The translations under genes were made by a program, and so were the position numbers. 64,000 nucleotides of DNA, taken from positions 108,838 to 172,837 of IMG/VR virus record IMGVR_UViG_3300042013_000045; one strand, 5' to 3'. Shown in pieces: positions 44,619 through 53,795 of the stretch. The notes beneath the pieces are model-generated. The model was given only the letters and a program-made list of their open reading frames with translations, was not told the DNA's origin and did not search any database. Position 1 is the stretch's first letter. Every line of letters starts with the position of its first letter. Source of the stretch: a virus.

Positions 44619-45462
44619 GTCCGCTCGTTTCCTTGATAGCGTTGCGTAAATTGATGAGGGTGAGGAGCAGTTGCGTGTGACCGTCATAGTCAGCGGGCAG
44701 ACTGTTCAGGAAGGGATCTGCTTTTGTAAGCGCTTCTTCCATAAGGAGATGAACATCGCACGGCTTCGTTGTCGGTACGATGCCTAGTGCCTGCCCGGTG
44801 TGACCTGTTACGATTACAGGACCTTGCCAGCGCAGATCATCAAACCAACTCATGTCGGTGTAGACTTTGATGACCGGTAGATAGCTGTGGTCGTGGTAGA
44901 CCAGTCGCAGTGGTCGTTCAATGGCATCCTGTTCAACGCCGTTGGACAACATCACAGCGTAACACAGGGACTTCACCCCATCGATCAGGGTGTAGCAGTC
45001 GTGGATCATGTCGTACCATTCAGGGGGTTGAGTGATACGTCGTTGATCGTGAATCTCGACCTGAAGACATTCCCCATTATCTTCATTGTTGTAGTACATC
45101 TTCCCGAATGGGGTTGTTTCAGCTTCGCCGATGCAGAACGAGTAACGACGAGCAATACCGTCGACCATCACATAACCAGAACGTAACAGAGACTTGATGT
45201 GATTTTCAAGGGTCTGCTTTTCACGTTCGTTCTCGACCCGCTGTTCCTCGTTCAGTCGTTCAAATTCCGCATCCCGTACCTGCATGCGCTCAAGGTCGGG
45301 GACGTATTCAGGGATATGAGGACCAGCGGAGGGGAACTCCTCGGGTAGATCCTCTATAGGTTCCCACTTCCCTTTTGGCGGGTTCATGCAGAACCACAAG
45401 AGACCAGCACAAACAAACCCACCTACGCACGCGGCTAAGACCATGTCCCATGCTGAAAACAT
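44590..45462 (-). CDS. Membrane-anchored hypothetical protein
   Basis: 290 aa, N-terminal TM, AAGGAG RBS. Confidence 0.75.
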   Translation of the reverse strand: MFSAWDMVLAACVGGFVCAGLLWFCMNPPKGKWEPIEDLPEEFPSAGPHIPEYVPDLERMQVRDAEFERLNEEQRVENEREKQTLENHIKSLLRSGYVMVDGIARRYSFCIGEAETTPFGKMYYNNEDNGECLQVEIHDQRRITQPPEWYDMIHDCYTLIDGVKSLCYAVMLSNGVEQDAIERPLRLVYHDHSYLPVIKVYTDMSWFDDLRWQGPVIVTGHTGQALGIVPTTKPCDVHLLMEEALTKADPFLNSLPADYDGHTQLLLTLINLRNAIKETSGHAKEVEEKG

Positions 45463-45476
45463 ATTCGTGTTGCTCC

Positions 45477-46220
45477 TTAATCCAGTTTCTCGAATTCTTC
45501 AGGGTAGTGAGACAACAGGTCTTCACTGGTAATGCCGTGAGCCTTGTCTCCCCACTTCCAACCTGTCTGATCACGTAGCGGGACGCAGTGATCATCGTCA
45601 GCCACGAGTGTGTCAGCAGTGAAGAAGCTATCCCGGAACGTCAGACCGCCAAGCTCCAACGTACCTTCTTGTTGAATAGACCGAAGGCGCTTGGTATTGA
45701 AACCATCGACTGGTTTAGGGACAGGCCTGAACGGGTCTTTCTGTTCAGCAAATACCAGCAGACCTTTATCTGTTTCCAAGGTCAGGTCTGTCAGCTTCAC
45801 AGCAGGACGCTGATCGAGCTTATCGAACAGCAGGTTCTGCAACGCTTTCACATGCCGCATTGAAGGTGCAATGACCACGATGCGGTCAGCTACCAATAGT
45901 GCCAGCACCCGCGCTTGTGGGTCACGATCTGTATCTGTAAGCAGGCTCATTGGTTCATCCTTCTTTTTGAACAGGTTGGAAAAGTAACGGTTGTAAAAGT
46001 ACACGGCCATCATGACACCAGTGCTTGCCCCTATTGCACCGATGGCTACATTCCAGTAGCCACCCTTAGAGACCATAATCACTGCACTACCTTCAGCAAG
46101 GTAGATCATCCCGCCCACTATACCCATCATTGGGTACTGAGTAGCTGCAACGACCTTCTGCTGAAACCCTCGCAAGCCGACCATCGTAAAGACGGCTGCA
46201 AACATGAGAACCTTATCCAT
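45477..46220 (-). CDS. Membrane protein with soluble C-domain
   Basis: Three hydrophobic N-terminal segments. Confidence 0.7.
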   Translation of the reverse strand: MDKVLMFAAVFTMVGLRGFQQKVVAATQYPMMGIVGGMIYLAEGSAVIMVSKGGYWNVAIGAIGASTGVMMAVYFYNRYFSNLFKKKDEPMSLLTDTDRDPQARVLALLVADRIVVIAPSMRHVKALQNLLFDKLDQRPAVKLTDLTLETDKGLLVFAEQKDPFRPVPKPVDGFNTKRLRSIQQEGTLELGGLTFRDSFFTADTLVADDDHCVPLRDQTGWKWGDKAHGITSEDLLSHYPEEFEKLD

Positions 46221-46223
46221 TAA

Positions 46224-46583
46224 CTAAGCGTCCGTAGATGTGAAGTTAAGCGCATTCTTCCAAGCGACTATCTCTTCTCGCTTGTAGAGTTGTTTGTGCC
46301 CGACCTTCGCAGTGGGTTGAGGGAACGGTGGTTTACCACGAGGTACCTTTCCGGCGATGTACCGATGGATGCTCGTGTGTGCTACGCCCAGATACTTGGT
46401 GACTTGAGCACGGGTTAGGAAGTTGTATTCGTTGTAGCCAGGGAACGCCATCTCGGTTGAGTAGATCTTCAGGACTTCCCGCGCATCCACCAGAGCGTTC
46501 AACAGCTCACGTTGGCGCTCAATGTCCGCGTCGAGTAGCTGTATCGCTTTGGTTAGTGTTTCTTGATGCGTTGAATTATCCAT
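46224..46583 (-). CDS. AlpA/excisionase-like HTH protein
   Basis: LTRAQVTKYLGVAHTSIHRYI...FPQP...YKREEIVAW. Confidence 0.75.
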   Translation of the reverse strand: MDNSTHQETLTKAIQLLDADIERQRELLNALVDAREVLKIYSTEMAFPGYNEYNFLTRAQVTKYLGVAHTSIHRYIAGKVPRGKPPFPQPTAKVGHKQLYKREEIVAWKNALNFTSTDA

Positions 46584-46993
46584 GCACGTACTCTCTGTAA
46601 TAACGAGGGTTGGGGTTCCGAACCGTATTCCTTCTCCCATGACTCCATGGTAGCCTTGAGCACAGTGCTCAGCTCATAAGGCCGATGCTCGCTTTCAATG
46701 GCGCGTATCGTGTCGGACTCTCCGGCTGTGAAGCGACACGAAGTACATTCTTCTTTCAGGATAGGTTCTTGTCCTTGGAAGAAGACACAGAAATTGCTTC
46801 GTGGTGATGGCTTTAAGCAGGTTGGACAAAGCTGGGTCTTGCATTCGATCTCACTTCCTTGCGGGTAACGACACATCTTGCAGACGAAATACCGACGCAC
46901 GCCAATCCCGTGGCGGAACTGGAACTGCCGATCGTTCTGAAGGCGGTCACACTGAGTGCACAGATAGACTTTCATGAGGATCTCCGAGAGCAT
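46553..46993 (-). CDS. Zinc-finger protein
   Basis: Four CxxC pairs. Confidence 0.65.
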   Translation of the reverse strand: MLSEILMKVYLCTQCDRLQNDRQFQFRHGIGVRRYFVCKMCRYPQGSEIECKTQLCPTCLKPSPRSNFCVFFQGQEPILKEECTSCRFTAGESDTIRAIESEHRPYELSTVLKATMESWEKEYGSEPQPSLLQRVRAWIIQRIKKH

Positions 46994-47030
46994 AGAAACG
47001 AGCCCCGAAGGACTCGTCTCCGATCATTGA

Positions 47031-47618
47031 TCAGTTCAACGCGACGACGATCATGTCTGGGTTGCCCAGATTGGCCAGAGCCACGTAGATATCACGGACT
47101 TTCGTGTTGTACGAGAAGTCATCAATGATCGCTCGATTGACGCCACGAAGTTTCTCAGGCTCTTTCTCGAGTATTGCAGTCAGGTCCATCAAGGTGAACA
47201 CATTGGGTACAGTGGCCTTGTGGTATTCCTTCAGAAGCCCCTCTACTACTTCGTAGGGGTTCACGCAGTCACTTGGAATGGTGATGGTGATAGAGTCTTT
47301 CATGTTCCGCAGACAGAAGCGACGGTTGATGTCTTGACGCATGTCCTTGTTGCAGGCGATCACAATTGTACCGTCGGTAGCAAGCATGTTCACTGCCCAA
47401 TCCGTCTTACCATTCTGACGACCGCCGCCCATGTGAATGGTGCGCAACTGACGCAACGCATCGGCTGGGTGGAGACGCAGTTCTGGACAGTGGGATATAG
47501 CGTAGCGGCTGGAGTCGTAAATACCCATCCAGTCCACAGAGGTACTGCGTTGTTGGTACGACTGCGCTGGTGGAAACAACTGTGAGCGACGCGGGTGATG
47601 CAGATCAGAGGTATTCAT
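47031..47618 (-). CDS. P-loop NTPase-like protein
   Basis: GGRQNGKT Walker A-like; AIIDD Walker B-like. Confidence 0.6.
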   Translation of the reverse strand: MNTSDLHHPRRSQLFPPAQSYQQRSTSVDWMGIYDSSRYAISHCPELRLHPADALRQLRTIHMGGGRQNGKTDWAVNMLATDGTIVIACNKDMRQDINRRFCLRNMKDSITITIPSDCVNPYEVVEGLLKEYHKATVPNVFTLMDLTAILEKEPEKLRGVNRAIIDDFSYNTKVRDIYVALANLGNPDMIVVALN

Positions 47619-48742
47619 GCTTCAGGTCCTTGTATTGCAGGGCTAGGTTTGTTGCGATGGTTTACGTGGTATTCCTTCATGACGCGACCAATGACACCTT
47701 TGTTGACGGTCACAGCAGGGAACCAACGTGGCTCACCTTTCACACGACGCCAGTGTCCCATGCGTTCGTGTTCACGAGGTGAAGCGTGAGTACCGCCTTG
47801 CCATGGCTTGCAGACTTTGGTGACGCCCATGACAACACGAACAATCCGATACTTACGGGTAGTGCCCGCAGCAGGGATCACTCGATTTGGATCACGGGCT
47901 TGTGTGCCAATGATCGTATTACCTACACTGAACTCAGCGATGAACCCAATGATCGCCATCAGAGTCCACTCAGCTACTGCTGGGTCTGTCTGGTAAACCA
48001 TCTGGTTAATTTCCAGTATAGCGCCGTGGGAAAGATCCACATGACTCATCGCGCCGACTTCGAACGGTGTGTCCTTGTCGGTGTGCAGGTATTCGGTCGA
48101 GAAGTCAAACCCGTGTGTGCCGCGCTGAGTCACCACAACCATGTGACGATTATCTTCCGGCCCCAGTTCGAACAGGATCTTCGGGTAAGGAAGACGCAAG
48201 TTGGTTGGCTTGTACTGCGGTTCGTTGACAAACGCAAACGGACCCACGTCAGCCATGATGAACCGAGGTAGGTTGACCAACTCATCCAACGGAAACCCAG
48301 GGATAGGTGTTGGAGGTGGAGGTACGATATCACCTAGCGCGTTACCGTCGAAGTCCGCATTACGCCCTATCATGAACGGGTTGATTGGACCCATGCCAGT
48401 AGGACTGTACTTCGGATCGGTCAACATCGCCTTGCGGTTGAAGTACTCAGTATCCTTCAGCTCAAGCAAAGCGTTGTGACGATACGCTCTGACGCGCTCA
48501 GCATCCGCTTGGTCTGGATTATCAGCATGAGGACTACCAGCGTAGGGGTTCATGTCGAACCCACCGTACTGTGAGATCTCAGACTCACCGTACGAACGAT
48601 TCGGCGTAGGACGCATGTTAGGGGCGATCTTTTCCAAGAGCGCATAGGTTTCAGCGCGCTGGTCTTCCGGGATGATGAGACCCGACAGACCGTGCATCAG
48701 GCTCAGTGCTTGTTGAGCAACACCAGTTTGATTCTCTGCCAT
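47615..48742 (-). CDS. Hypothetical protein (HASPRxHxRxGHWR family)
   Basis: C-terminal THASPREHERMGHWRR; internal NADFDGN. Confidence 0.75.
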   Translation of the reverse strand: MAENQTGVAQQALSLMHGLSGLIIPEDQRAETYALLEKIAPNMRPTPNRSYGESEISQYGGFDMNPYAGSPHADNPDQADAERVRAYRHNALLELKDTEYFNRKAMLTDPKYSPTGMGPINPFMIGRNADFDGNALGDIVPPPPTPIPGFPLDELVNLPRFIMADVGPFAFVNEPQYKPTNLRLPYPKILFELGPEDNRHMVVVTQRGTHGFDFSTEYLHTDKDTPFEVGAMSHVDLSHGAILEINQMVYQTDPAVAEWTLMAIIGFIAEFSVGNTIIGTQARDPNRVIPAAGTTRKYRIVRVVMGVTKVCKPWQGGTHASPREHERMGHWRRVKGEPRWFPAVTVNKGVIGRVMKEYHVNHRNKPSPAIQGPEA

Positions 48743-48825
48743 GATTCGTTCCTTCAGGTCTATTTAATGCAGGTCTAAACGGACGCCTTAGAGACGTCCA
48801 TATAAAGGACAAGGGTTTATTTTAT

Positions 48826-49290
48826 TTACTTCACGGGTTTGAACGAGCCACGTCGAGAGTCAGCCAAGTCGTTGACCATGGGGGTCAAGTCCACATTGAA
48901 CTGATACCCTACCGTTCCTTCTGCACCGAGGAATGTATCGACGTCTTCGGGGGTCAGGGTGTAGTCGAATCGTTGATTGATCCAGTCCACAATTTTTGAT
49001 AGCTTCGCCATCTGGTCCAAATAGACAGCGTCGCCTTCTTTGGTACCTTCAGGAATGGCGCGGTAGATCACTACTGTTAGGTAGGGTACGGAGACCTCCT
49101 CTTCCAGCAGACGAAACAACATGCCATGGATCGGGAAATCGAAACCGAAGTTCAGATCCCACATGTGCGGAATGCCCTTGACATCAGGTTTTCCTGCTAT
49201 CTCAGGAATCCACCCGAGGTAGTTCAGGATGTCTTCGCTGTCATTAGCGACTTCTTTCTCGAAGTCAATGATGATGAAGGTGATAGCCAT
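48826..49290 (-). CDS. Hypothetical protein
   Basis: Start MAITF after AGGA RBS. Confidence 0.7.
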   Translation of the reverse strand: MAITFIIIDFEKEVANDSEDILNYLGWIPEIAGKPDVKGIPHMWDLNFGFDFPIHGMLFRLLEEEVSVPYLTVVIYRAIPEGTKEGDAVYLDQMAKLSKIVDWINQRFDYTLTPEDVDTFLGAEGTVGYQFNVDLTPMVNDLADSRRGSFKPVK

Positions 49291-49306
49291 GGTTAGTGGT
49301 TCCTGG

Positions 49307-49492
49307 TTAATTGATCCAGCCGAGTCCCGTTGCTGCCACACACGCCAAGCTGACGAACAGCACGGGGGTCATGGTGTTCCAGAACGCACGGATGCGTTTG
49401 TTTGACACGCCGATCATGGCAAAGGCCAGTACAGCGTAGATAACGGCAAAGAAGAAGATCACGCCGTAGAATACTTCGTCCCACATGTTCAT
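49307..49492 (-). CDS. Two-TM small membrane protein
   Basis: 61 aa hydrophobic. Confidence 0.65.
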   Translation of the reverse strand: MNMWDEVFYGVIFFFAVIYAVLAFAMIGVSNKRIRAFWNTMTPVLFVSLACVAATGLGWIN

Positions 49493-49854
49493 GTTGGATC
49501 ATCCCTCATGATTTGACGTTCAGCGGCTGTGAAGCCGTTAGCGTCTTTTGGATAGGTTTCTGGGTTCTTGTCACACACAACTTTAGCAGAAGGTACGGTG
49601 CCGAAGTGTTCCCGTGCTTTGTCCACTTCATAGAAGCGCTCGCCGCAATGGAAGCACGCCCAGCCGTACACTGGGATGGTCACATAAGACTGACGCTCCA
49701 GCGCGGCTTTATGTTCTTCCAACAACACGTCACGCCGAGCGGTCAGAGAACGCATCTTCTCTTGGCGCATGTGGACGAAGGTGTAATTGGTATCGTCGAT
49801 CTCTTTGGCGATACCATCCAAGTCACTTGCGATGTCTTCCCCACTGCGATTCAT
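49489..49854 (-). CDS. Hypothetical protein with CxxC...H motif
   Basis: WACFHCGERF...AREHFG. Confidence 0.7.
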   Translation of the reverse strand: MNRSGEDIASDLDGIAKEIDDTNYTFVHMRQEKMRSLTARRDVLLEEHKAALERQSYVTIPVYGWACFHCGERFYEVDKAREHFGTVPSAKVVCDKNPETYPKDANGFTAAERQIMRDDPT

Positions 49855-50078
49855 GAGTTCCCCTTAGGAATGCGGATTACCAGTTCCATGTACTCGTCAC
49901 TGGCGTTGTTAGCGAAGATCTTCGCACCGTCGTACTCGGCCATACGCCAGGTGGCGTCGACAAAGTCGCTAGGCGTATGCTCGCTCGGATGAAACCCACA
50001 CTGTTCGGTCACAGCGTTATCAAGGGCATCGTATTCAACCAAAGGCACCGTTCCGGATGGAGCGTCAGTGATACTCAT
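49851..50078 (-). CDS. Hypothetical protein
   Basis: Start MSITD after AAGGA RBS. Confidence 0.65.
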   Translation of the reverse strand: MSITDAPSGTVPLVEYDALDNAVTEQCGFHPSEHTPSDFVDATWRMAEYDGAKIFANNASDEYMELVIRIPKGNS

Positions 50079-50153
50079 GGTGGTTTCCTTAATAAAGTAC
50101 AGCGGATAAAGAGAATAAAACCACACCCCGCGAACGAGGTGTGGGTCCAACGG

Positions 50154-50399
50154 TTAATCTACCAGTGCAGCACGACGTTCAGCGAAGGTTACATCCCCAA
50201 AGACGCGACGAGGATTACAGCACAAGTAACAGCGAGCCTGACCACAGTTGAGAGCCTTATGTTTTACCATACGCCCCAACTGCTTAGCGGACAAGGTCTC
50301 GGTCTTGTCATTGTGGTAGTAAAAGATCCGTGATTGTTTCTTGACGGACTTGCGGTTACGTTGGCGACGTTCTGCACGGGCAAACTTGTTATACGACAT
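50154..50399 (-). CDS. Basic Cys-containing phage protein
   Basis: C...CYLCCNPRR..G..TF.ERR; GGAG RBS. Confidence 0.65.
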   Translation of the reverse strand: MSYNKFARAERRQRNRKSVKKQSRIFYYHNDKTETLSAKQLGRMVKHKALNCGQARCYLCCNPRRVFGDVTFAERRAALVD

Positions 50400-50443
50400 C
50401 TTGACTTCTCCACGCGGAGTAGCCCTCACCGGAATGATGAGGG

Positions 50444-50710
50444 CTATCGCATGTAGAGGCCACCTTTGCTGCTCAGACCAAGATCAGCTTTGGTCAGGGC
50501 GTAAGGGTTGGAGTGAGGTCGCGGATCAGCAAGAACCACGCACTCTTCCTCCATCTGACATTCAAGGGGGAGTCCCTCTTCAACCAGTTGTGTAACAGGT
50601 ATATTAACCGCAGGGATCGGTGGTATCTGCGAAGCAGGTAACTGTGACGTCACTGCTGCCGCCGCGGCGCCAATACCCAGCAGCTTCATGAACCTACGTC
50701 GCTGCATCAC
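50444..50710 (-). CDS. Small protein with twin-arginine-like signal
   Basis: QRRRFMKLLGIGAAAAAV; AAGGAGG RBS. Confidence 0.65.
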   Translation of the reverse strand: MMQRRRFMKLLGIGAAAAAVTSQLPASQIPPIPAVNIPVTQLVEEGLPLECQMEEECVVLADPRPHSNPYALTKADLGLSSKGGLYMR

Positions 50711-51149
50711 CAGCCTCCTTCTTTAGTACGCCAGTACCGATCAATAACGCTTGTTCATGACCATGGTTCCAGTTGTGGTTGAAGTCCCGCAACTCTTTCA
50801 TGGTCATGATCGGGCACTTAACATTGTAGTTGGGCAATTGACCAAACGACAGTTGTTCTAGGATCGGGATCATCGGGGCCCAATCGTGTTCGGTGCTCTT
50901 GAGCTGAAGATCCAACTCACGCAATGCGCCGTCTACACCTTCGCCAAAACCTACCGGGAACCATTCGCTCTTACCGAGTCCCCACAGTTCCCATTCGCTG
51001 TCAGCATTGAAGTCACCCATAGTGCCCATCAACTGACTAGCGATGTCTTCCTTCATGACAAATGCCACGTAGTTCCCGAACCGGTACTCGGCAGCGACTA
51101 CCGTGAACCCGGCCGTCACATGAAGGAACCCTTCAATAGACTTGAACAT
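50694..51149 (-). CDS. Hypothetical protein
   Basis: 151 aa, GAGGA RBS. Confidence 0.7.
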   Translation of the reverse strand: MFKSIEGFLHVTAGFTVVAAEYRFGNYVAFVMKEDIASQLMGTMGDFNADSEWELWGLGKSEWFPVGFGEGVDGALRELDLQLKSTEHDWAPMIPILEQLSFGQLPNYNVKCPIMTMKELRDFNHNWNHGHEQALLIGTGVLKKEAGDAAT

Positions 51150-51151
51150 GA

Positions 51152-52006
51152 TTAGTCCTCGCCGCGCATGCGCTCTTCGGCTGCTTCGGTAGCACGGATG
51201 GACTCGTTGTCCTCGTGCTGGGATTCCAGGTGGAGTTGTTCGTCCAGAGACAGAGCGTCTTCTGGTTCTTCCAGGTCTACAACGTTAGGGGTATCGTTCA
51301 TAGGTAAATCCTCTTTGATGAAATCGTCGTCGATCTTAAGACATAAGACAGGACGATCATAAATGCGTTGTGGTACGACTCCTTCAGGCAATACACCACC
51401 TTCGAATCGCGCGGTAATAGCGTTAACGGTCATGAAGACCCCGGTGTCCACCAAAGCATTGACCAGCTCTTGGGTGGCTTGAGCAGCCTCGCGTAGACGG
51501 TAAGGCGATGAGTAATCTCGCAGCCACGCCCGGATGAAGTACTCCAACGAGACCTGCTCTTCCTTACGGAACCAATCGGTGTTGCCGACGAGAGTTCCGA
51601 CCGGCAAGATCTCGATCTTGTTCATCACCATGTACTTTAACAGGTCCCGTACTTCGAGATTCCATTTAGGGTCATATCTACATCCCGGCAAAGGAATCCT
51701 CAAGGACATTACGTGCTTGAGCTTCTCTTTAACGGAAGGGGGTATGACGATCGGCGCTGTCTGGATTTCGTACGTCTCCGTTTTGCGGACATGTACGAAG
51801 GTAGCCTTCTTGAGCTCCTCGACATACGGAGAACCTTTCCACGTGATGCCCACTGGACCGAGATCGGTGTTCTCGCTGAAGTGAGCCTTCTCGATCGGCC
51901 CAAACCCGTACGACGTGCTTTGCCCATCGGCGTACTGGATGCCGAAGAACTTACCGTCCAGTTCTGCAACATAACCTTCTTTGACAATCTTAGCGATCTG
52001 ATCCAC
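51152..52006 (-). CDS. Hypothetical protein sharing a domain with the C-terminus of 52016..53065
   Basis: LRIPLPG...VSLEYFIRAWLR...LVNALVDTGVF. Confidence 0.75.
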   Translation of the reverse strand: MDQIAKIVKEGYVAELDGKFFGIQYADGQSTSYGFGPIEKAHFSENTDLGPVGITWKGSPYVEELKKATFVHVRKTETYEIQTAPIVIPPSVKEKLKHVMSLRIPLPGCRYDPKWNLEVRDLLKYMVMNKIEILPVGTLVGNTDWFRKEEQVSLEYFIRAWLRDYSSPYRLREAAQATQELVNALVDTGVFMTVNAITARFEGGVLPEGVVPQRIYDRPVLCLKIDDDFIKEDLPMNDTPNVVDLEEPEDALSLDEQLHLESQHEDNESIRATEAAEERMRGED

Positions 52007-52015
52007 GGGATCTCC

Positions 52016-53065
52016 TTAGAACCGACGTTCTGCCGGGACGTACCACAGGCAGTCGACAGGTCGTTTGTGATGTTTCTGTTCACTGACGGTTGTAGGACGG
52101 GTGCCTCTGAACGATGCTGTGTTGGCCCTGACCTTGGTGAACAGACCCGTAGCGATGAGCGCCTTGACCAGTGATGGTTTGGACTGGTTCATGTTGACGT
52201 AGTTCTCATTCCCCTCTTCGCGCAGGATGTCCCGCAAGAGCCATTCCAACGAGATCTTCTGCTCATCTTTAAACGTCTTGAACAGGATGCTGACGTTCAT
52301 GACCGGGAAGACCGAAACGTTGGCTTCTTCCAGTCGTTTGATCAGCTTAGAGATGTGCAGTTTCTTTCCACGCGCACCTGGAAGGGTGATAAGCAGCGGC
52401 GGTACAGCAGGTTTCTCTGGCACCTTACCTGCAATGTCAGCCACCGGGTGATTACGGACAGCCGAGCGCGGCACCATCTTCCAATCGTAGTCGATCAGGT
52501 AGTTATGCGAATTGCCTTGCAAGTTGTATTGGTTCTTGGAGATAGAGAACTTCAAGAACGTACGGAACCCAGTACCCATGACCGGAGGGCGGTGGATGTT
52601 CCAGCGATCGATACGCAGTAGTGCGTTCTCGCCGTAGTCGTGGATGTTCTGAGGCAGCGCTTGCGCTTCCAGTTCTTCCAGCGACTTGCTGTGGTCTTCT
52701 GTCAGCTCAAACGGTTGCAGGCAGAACTGAGTCGGGAACTTGTCCGCCCAGATGTAGTTGATGTCGTCACTGCCAAAGCCATCGGAGTGCCAGCCGGGGC
52801 GATTACCCATGTTGTCCGGGGTTACGAACAGGTGCTTGGCGCTGACGTAGATATAGTCAGTGTGTGGGCAGAAGTCCAGGTGGGGAATGAACCGTTTGAT
52901 CCAGGCGAGGTTCTCCGGAATGTGGAACGACTCCAAAGCACCAGCCATCTTGATCGGCAGGTACTGGTAGAAGCACATCTCTACCTTGTCCTTGAGCGGA
53001 TCAACCGGAATGTTCTTGGCTACAACACGAGGGGACATCCCGTAAAACATACCGTCGTCCTTCAT
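52016..53065 (-). CDS. 2OG-Fe(II) dioxygenase-like protein with extra C-terminal domain
   Basis: RPGWHSDG (HxD), IHR, RTFLKFS spacing typical of double-stranded beta-helix oxygenases. Confidence 0.6.
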   Translation of the reverse strand: MKDDGMFYGMSPRVVAKNIPVDPLKDKVEMCFYQYLPIKMAGALESFHIPENLAWIKRFIPHLDFCPHTDYIYVSAKHLFVTPDNMGNRPGWHSDGFGSDDINYIWADKFPTQFCLQPFELTEDHSKSLEELEAQALPQNIHDYGENALLRIDRWNIHRPPVMGTGFRTFLKFSISKNQYNLQGNSHNYLIDYDWKMVPRSAVRNHPVADIAGKVPEKPAVPPLLITLPGARGKKLHISKLIKRLEEANVSVFPVMNVSILFKTFKDEQKISLEWLLRDILREEGNENYVNMNQSKPSLVKALIATGLFTKVRANTASFRGTRPTTVSEQKHHKRPVDCLWYVPAERRF

Positions 53066-53277
53066 TTGGCCTTCTCCGTGATGGTGCAGCTTTCAACTGC
53101 TTTGTCGTACAGGGCGTTCGCAGCAGCCACCAGTTCATTCTGTTCCTGGTCGCTGCCACGTCCAATGTCCTTAACGCGCCCGCTACGGCGAGCGTTCTGG
53201 ATGAATTCTAGCACGAAGCTCAAACGTCTCTGATCAATCTTCCGACCAGCGCTGATGATATCGTCGATCTCGCTCAT
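53062..53277 (-). CDS. Hypothetical protein
   Basis: 71 aa, coupled to neighbours. Confidence 0.65.
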   Translation of the reverse strand: MSEIDDIISAGRKIDQRRLSFVLEFIQNARRSGRVKDIGRGSDQEQNELVAAANALYDKAVESCTITEKAK

Positions 53278-53744
53278 TACGCCCTCGGCTTCAAGATGTT
53301 GAGACGTCCCAGTAGTTGGGCAGTGGTAGGGGAGATCTTCTTCGGCTTGTGCTTGCTGCTCTTACGCTTAGGAGCCGGCGTAGGGGCTTTAGCAGCGTGC
53401 AGATCAACACCGATGATGACGTAGCCCTTCTCAGCCCATTCGCCCTTGACGACGATCTGAGTGACGTCTGTGGTGACTTGGCCTAACTTGGTGTCGACCA
53501 CGTAAGTCATCACACCTTCCAGCTCTTCGGTATCGACCTTGGCGTAGTAGGTGTGGATCAACCCTTCGATGTTGCCACCGTTAGGGGTGAGTTTGGTGAC
53601 CAGTTGGCGATCCTTGTAGAAGGTCTTGCCTTCAAACTCTTCCGGGATGCCTATTTCCAGACCAGTAACCCACACACGGTTCTTCATGTGGTGAGGGTTG
53701 ACCAGTTCTTTGCTTTCGAAATCTTTAATGACAGGTTCTTGCAC
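53277..53744 (-). CDS. Hypothetical protein
   Basis: 155 aa, GTG start, GAGGA RBS. Confidence 0.7.
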   Translation of the reverse strand: MQEPVIKDFESKELVNPHHMKNRVWVTGLEIGIPEEFEGKTFYKDRQLVTKLTPNGGNIEGLIHTYYAKVDTEELEGVMTYVVDTKLGQVTTDVTQIVVKGEWAEKGYVIIGVDLHAAKAPTPAPKRKSSKHKPKKISPTTAQLLGRLNILKPRA

Positions 53745-53795
53745 GTTGTAATCCTCAAGGTTGGAGCAGGAGGACGTCCTCCTGCTCTTTATGGG

